From NCBI GenBank assembly GCA_950097015.1, contig CATNEN010000005.1:1-64000 (forward strand): 64,000 nucleotides of DNA, in the 5' to 3' direction. Below, piece after piece: positions 59,525 through 64,000 of the stretch. A program made the position numbers and the translations under genes. The DNA comes from Macrostomum hystrix. Lineage: Eukaryota > Animalia > Platyhelminthes. The stretch's first letter is position 1. Every line of letters begins with the position of its first letter. Below the pieces are notes generated by a model. That model made no database searches. It was given only the letters and a program-made list of their open reading frames with translations, and was not told where the DNA came from.

Positions 59525-60177
59525 CTGTCGGCCAAATTCTGGTTGATTCCGAACTCTGTCAGATTATTTGGCATCCTAAGCCCTTTGAGCAGTTTGGCCT
59601 CCACTTCAGAGTTGCGCCAACTCTTGTAGGGCTTGTCGCCGCGAGTGAACACTTCGTAGATGACCACACCGAACGACCAGACGTCTGACTTGATGGTGAA
59701 AAGATTCTTGGAGAAACATTCCGGCGCGCTCCAGCGCATTGGGAAAGTACCAGACCTTCGATAGTAGCCAGATTCGACGAGTCGGGACAGGCCGAAGTCA
59801 GCCACCTTCACCATCTGTTTGCTGGCCACTAAAATATTGGCAGTTCTCAGATCGCAGTGAATATAATTTCTCTGCTCAAGGTAGCTCATACCATCTGCAA
59901 CCTGTTGCAGATAGTTAAACATGTCTTCCGGGGTCAAGCTCAGAAGTTCTCGATCCTGAACTAGATAATCTTTCAGCGAGCCAAGCGGCATGTACTCCGT
60001 CACAATGTACACTGGCTCGGTGTCTGTGCATACGCCGATTAGTTGAACAATTTTCGGATGGTGCAATCCGTGCATGATCCGCGCCTCGCTAATGAAGTCA
60101 CGGTTAACTGTCACCGATTCTCCGAGCATTCGCTTCACCGCCACCTCGAACACGGGACCGAACTTAGCGCGGTACAC
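59525..60177 (-). CDS. Src-like tyrosine kinase 2, exon 3 (kinase core)
   Basis: GGCAG|GTG acceptor in phase 0 and AG|GTGAGT donor in phase 2. Motifs VAVK, VTEYM, HCDLRTANILV, DFG, FPMRWSAPE and SDVWSFG. Confidence 0.95.
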
Positions 60178-60249
60178 CTGCCCATGTGGTAAAGTACATC
60201 TCAAGGTCATCTTTCTGCGTATTCTTCCATTCTACGTACTTTCTAACAT

Positions 60250-60945
60250 CTCTCCATCCACTGCCTCCTTCCATTCCTCTGCCTCCCATTCCTCTGCCTC
60301 CCATTCCACTGCCTCCCATTCCTCTGCCTCCCATTCCTCTGCCTCCCATTCCTCTGCCTCCCATTCCTCTGCCTCCCATTCCTCTGCCTCCCATTCCTCT
60401 GCCTCCCATTCCTCTGCCTCCCATTCCACTGCCTCCCATTCCTCTGCCTCCCATTCCTCTGCCTCCCATTCCTCTGCCTCCCATTCCACTGCCTCCCATT
60501 CCTCTGCCTCCCATTCCACTGCCTCCCATTCCTCTGCCTCCCATTCCTCTGCCTCCCATTCCTCTGCCTCCCATTCCTCTGCCTCCCATTCCTCTGCCTC
60601 CCATTCCTCTGCCTCCCATTCCTCTGCCTCCCATTCCTCTGCCTCCCATTCCTCTGCCTCCCATTCCTCTGCCTCCCATTCCTCTGCCTCCCATTCCTCT
60701 GCCTCCCATTCCTCTGCCTCCCATTCCACTGCCTCCCATTCCTCTGCCTCCCATTCCTCTGCCTCCCATTCCTCTGCCTCCCATTCCTCTGCCTCCCATT
60801 CCACTGCCTCCCATTCCACTGCCTCCCATTCCACTGCCTCCCATTCCTCTGCCTCCCATTCCTCTGCCTCCCATTCCTCTGCCTCCCATTCCTCTGCCTC
60901 CCATTCCTCTGCCTCCCATTCCTCTGCCTCCCATTCCACTGCCGC
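60250..60945 (+). repeat. 15-bp minisatellite (CCCATTCCWCTGCCT) in kinase-2 intron 2
   Basis: About 46 copies; source of the GGRGM, PPIPL, EWEAE and HSSAS ORFs. Confidence 0.97.
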
Positions 60946-61007
60946 CTTCCCTTTCACCGTCTCTCTGTTGGAATCAAGCTACCATGCAAGCTCAAAATCG
61001 CTCAAAC

Positions 61008-61460
61008 CTCTCCGAAGGAACCACTGCCGATCCTGTCCAAGAGTTCCAGTTGGTTGCGATTGATTTCGAAATCGCGAAAATTCGGAGGCGGAGTGAAAAC
61101 CCGCGGGCATGGCCGGGTGAGTAGCATATTGCGCTCTTCGTCAGGGTTCTGGTAGTGCCTCAGCAGGTCGCCCAGGTTCTGAAAGGTTCTGTTCGGGCTA
61201 ATGTAGAAGCCGATGCCGTCATCTAGTGGCATAACTCGGTAATGACGAATTATGAAGCCAGCTGTGCCGCTGGAATCCACCATGGAGCAGCGAGCGCTCA
61301 GTGTGTAGCTGGGCCGAACCAGCTCCTGCGCGTTCTCCTTCTCCTCATGCCGCTTCTGGTGCGGTCTGAGCAGGTAGGTGCCATTCTCCAGGCCCGGCAT
61401 GCGGAGTAGTCGTTCCGACTCAAGCCTGTCTATGTCGAACCAGCAGTCCAGTGAGTCAGC
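61008..61460 (-). CDS. Src-like tyrosine kinase 2, exon 2 (SH2, linker, GSGSFGE)
   Basis: TCGCAG| acceptor and GAG|GTTTGA donor, both in phase 0. Translates CWFDIDRLESERLL...YLLRP...RHY...PCPR. Confidence 0.9.
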
Positions 61461-61716
61461 CTGCGATGCGAAAGGACAGAGTTTATTTTCAAAATGTCCT
61501 ATTTTAGATGTGCAGCCGACAGCACAGCCGCAGCTATTGCGCCGGACATCCGAAGGCTGCGTACGGCTGTTCAGTCCATGGACTGGGGGACGTCAAGTAC
61601 ACCCACCCTCACTTACCCCCAGCTAATTCCAGCTAATTCCAGCTAATTCCATCATTTGCTCACCAAATGATGTGCCATTGCCCGCAGCCCTCCTGCAATT
61701 ATTACTATTACACATA

Positions 61717-62079
61717 ATAATAATTAATAATTGCAGGAGGGCTGCGGGCAATGACACATAGTTTGGTGACACTGGACCCGCAGCCAGCGAGGAGGCAATT
61801 CTGCCAATTTCGCTGACTCCTGAGCACACACGCACACAGATACCGTACGCAGGCATACGCTCACACAGGTGTGTACATCTGCCCTGACTTTCTCATCGTC
61901 AGGCAGTGTGCACTCGAACTGTGCCTTGGAGGTTGGCCCTCAAGGGCGTAAATTGCAGGACAAGCCACCAAGCCTTCTCTCCGTGGCTGCGCCCCAAATA
62001 AATGTGGCCTCGCGGTGGAATCGAACTTAAGGACCGTGGTACGAGAGGCAAACGCGTTAACCGCTCTGCCACCGACCCC
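61717..62079 (-). mobile_element. tRNA-derived SINE (family A), full length with perfect 15-bp TSD
   Basis: A and B boxes present. TTACTATTACACATA is duplicated at 61702-61716 and 62080-62094. Confidence 0.9.
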
Positions 62080-62160
62080 TTACTATTACACATACTTTTA
62101 CTTTCATGCGTACTGACAAGGGCAGTACGTACTGTATGTACAGGTATGTACTGTACATAC

Positions 62161-62448
62161 CTGGCTATCGTCCGTAGTCTGCAGGAACTGCTTGGGCGCA
62201 AATCCCAGTGTGCCAGTTTCAAAGTGTCGCACCCGCCACCACCATTCGTCCTGACGGTCGAGCACCTCCAGCATGTCGCCCTGCTTGAACGACAGGTCGC
62301 CGGCGCAATGGGCTTCAAAGTCGCAAACAGCACGCATCACAAGTCGATTAGAGTTGAGCTCCGACTCCGCCAGGTTGCTCCGAGAAGCCCACTTAGAGCC
62401 GGCATGCCGTGACTTTGGACGCCGAAGCTTGCTGAACTGTTTTCCCAT
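62161..62448 (-). CDS. Src-like tyrosine kinase 2, exon 1 (myristoylation motif, SH3); full protein 523 aa
   Basis: MGKQFSK start; SH3 AVCDF..GDLSFKQGD..EWW..GFAP; CAG|GTATGT donor in phase 0. Confidence 0.9.
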
Positions 62449-62944
62449 TTGAGGCGCAGATTTTACTTTTAGTTGGCTTTCCCTAAGGCTAGTTCCCTGT
62501 TAGAGAGGCACAGAGCAAGTTTGAGAGAAAAGCTCAAACACTGCTCTGGCTTTATAATGCTTGCTGGTAAGCCCTACTATTTTTAAACCGTTGATATTTA
62601 TAAGGCTTTCACAGCCCAGGTGAAGAAGTGTATGAGACCACTTTCGAGCCATCTTTCTGCGCAAAAGAATCAAGCATGTCCTATTCTTCGCGGGCACGCA
62701 TCATATAAGAACTTTTTTCTATCTTGGCATCGCTGAGCTGCTGTGTTGCAACTTTTGTTTTAGTCCATCTAAAAAATGAGTACAATGTACTCATTTGTAC
62801 TCAGGGGCGTATACTATGTACGATCTAGTGAGCATTTATCTAAACCAATTTAATAATACTAGACAGACATAAGGATAGAGAGTGGGGGTTTAAGGGTTGA
62901 ATTTTTATCAAGGATGTCGACAAAAAAAGCTTTTAATGCTTTGA

Positions 62945-63620
62945 ATGCTGAAATTCTAGCCACGACTCCTGCTGCGATTCTCGTTTCGGATCCCGCTGAA
63001 ATTTTAGCTTTGACTCCTGCTGCGATTCTGGGTTGGGATCCCGCTGAAATTTTAGCCGTGTCTCCTGCGGCGATTCTGGGTTGGGATCCCGCTGAAAGTT
63101 TAGCTACAACTCCTGCTGCGGTTCTCGTTTCGGATCCCGCTGAAATTTTAGTTTAGCTTTGACTCCAGCTGCGATTCTGGGTTGGGATCCCGCTGAAATT
63201 TTAGCCGTGTCTCCTGCGGCGATTCTGGGTTGGGATCCCGCTGAAAGTTTAGCTACAACTCCTGCTGCGGTTCTCGTTTCGGATCCCGCTGAAATTTTAG
63301 TTTAGCTTTGACTCCAGCTGCGATTCTGGGTTGGGATCCCGCTGAAATTTTAGCCGTGTCTCCTGTGGGCGATTCTGGGTTGGGATCCCGCTGAAATTTT
63401 AGCTTTGACTCCTGCTGCGATTCTCGTTTCGGATCCCGCTGAAATTATAGCTTTGACTCCTGCTGCGATTCTAGGATCCCGCTGATTTTCAAGCTACGTT
63501 TCGTGCTACGATTCTGATTAACAATGCAGCTGCGATTCCTGCTGCGATTCTAGGTTAGAATCCTGCTGCGATTCTAGATTGGAATCCTGCTGCGATTCTA
63601 GGAAACAATTACTGCAGCGA
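62945..63620 (+). repeat. ~48-bp minisatellite (GATCCCGCTGAAATTTTAGCTTTGACTCCTGCTGCGATTCTGGGTTGG), decaying rightwards
   Basis: Recurring GATCCCGCTGAAA and CCTGCTGCGATTCT motifs. Confidence 0.85.
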
Positions 63621-64000
63621 TTCTAAATGTAAAGCGAAGATTGATAGCAAAAGCTAGCGGTGAAAAAAACTATAAAATGGTTAAAGTCTTGATTAAAAAG
63701 TTTCGTTTTTAATAGATGTTCTTAACCGCATAAAAACATCGAGATGTTTGTTTAACTAATAGTTTTTTAGGATAGCGAAGTGTTGCTATCGAGCTTTAGT
63801 TATATATATTATAATTAATGCTTCACAACGTGTTACATATTTTAAGGTTCTTAGCAGATTATATAAGGAGATAGCTACACAAAATAGGACTTGTTAAACT
63901 AAATAGCTTATTTTAGAAAACAGGAAACAATATTCTATCAATCTACTTTCAGTAGGCGGTTTGCATTTTTTCATTATTATTCCTATTCATAGCCGTTAAT

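Noticed and set aside
60074-61124. Long GGRGM / PPIPL / EWEAE / HSSAS repeat ORFs
   Set aside because: They are four frames of one 15-bp intronic minisatellite in kinase 2.
62914-63156. 80-aa ORF with DPAEILALTPAAILGW repeats
   Set aside because: Translation of a 48-bp tandem repeat; the frame is broken by a 4-bp insertion in later units.

Overview
This is eukaryotic (metazoan) genomic DNA, rich in repeats. The exact taxon cannot be determined from the sequence; the intron-minisatellite style recalls a free-living flatworm such as Macrostomum, but that is only an inference. (1) 1-13551 is a head-to-tail chain of three non-autonomous Helitron-like units. Each has a TC start, a unique ~590-bp 5' arm, a 23-bp minisatellite, an 18-bp minisatellite, a GC hairpin and a CTAG end, and a near-exact 5446-bp duplication is superimposed. 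(2) ~16.2-16.9 kb is a decayed piggyBac transposase. (3) 22087-42724 (- strand) is a complete 10-exon SERCA Ca2+-ATPase gene (1005 aa in the read-through form); 8 of its 9 introns carry their own, mostly unrelated, minisatellite arrays. (4) 43-52 kb is AT-rich intergenic DNA with a MITE (8-bp TSD), small palindromic elements and a Helitron 5' fragment. (5) 52149-62448 (- strand) holds two tandem Src-like SH3-SH2-tyrosine kinase genes (620 and 523 aa) with atypical regulatory and catalytic-loop residues, plus two tRNA-derived SINE families. Most long ORFs in the supplied track are translations of tandem repeats, not genes. All coordinates, alignments and splice calls were made by eye.
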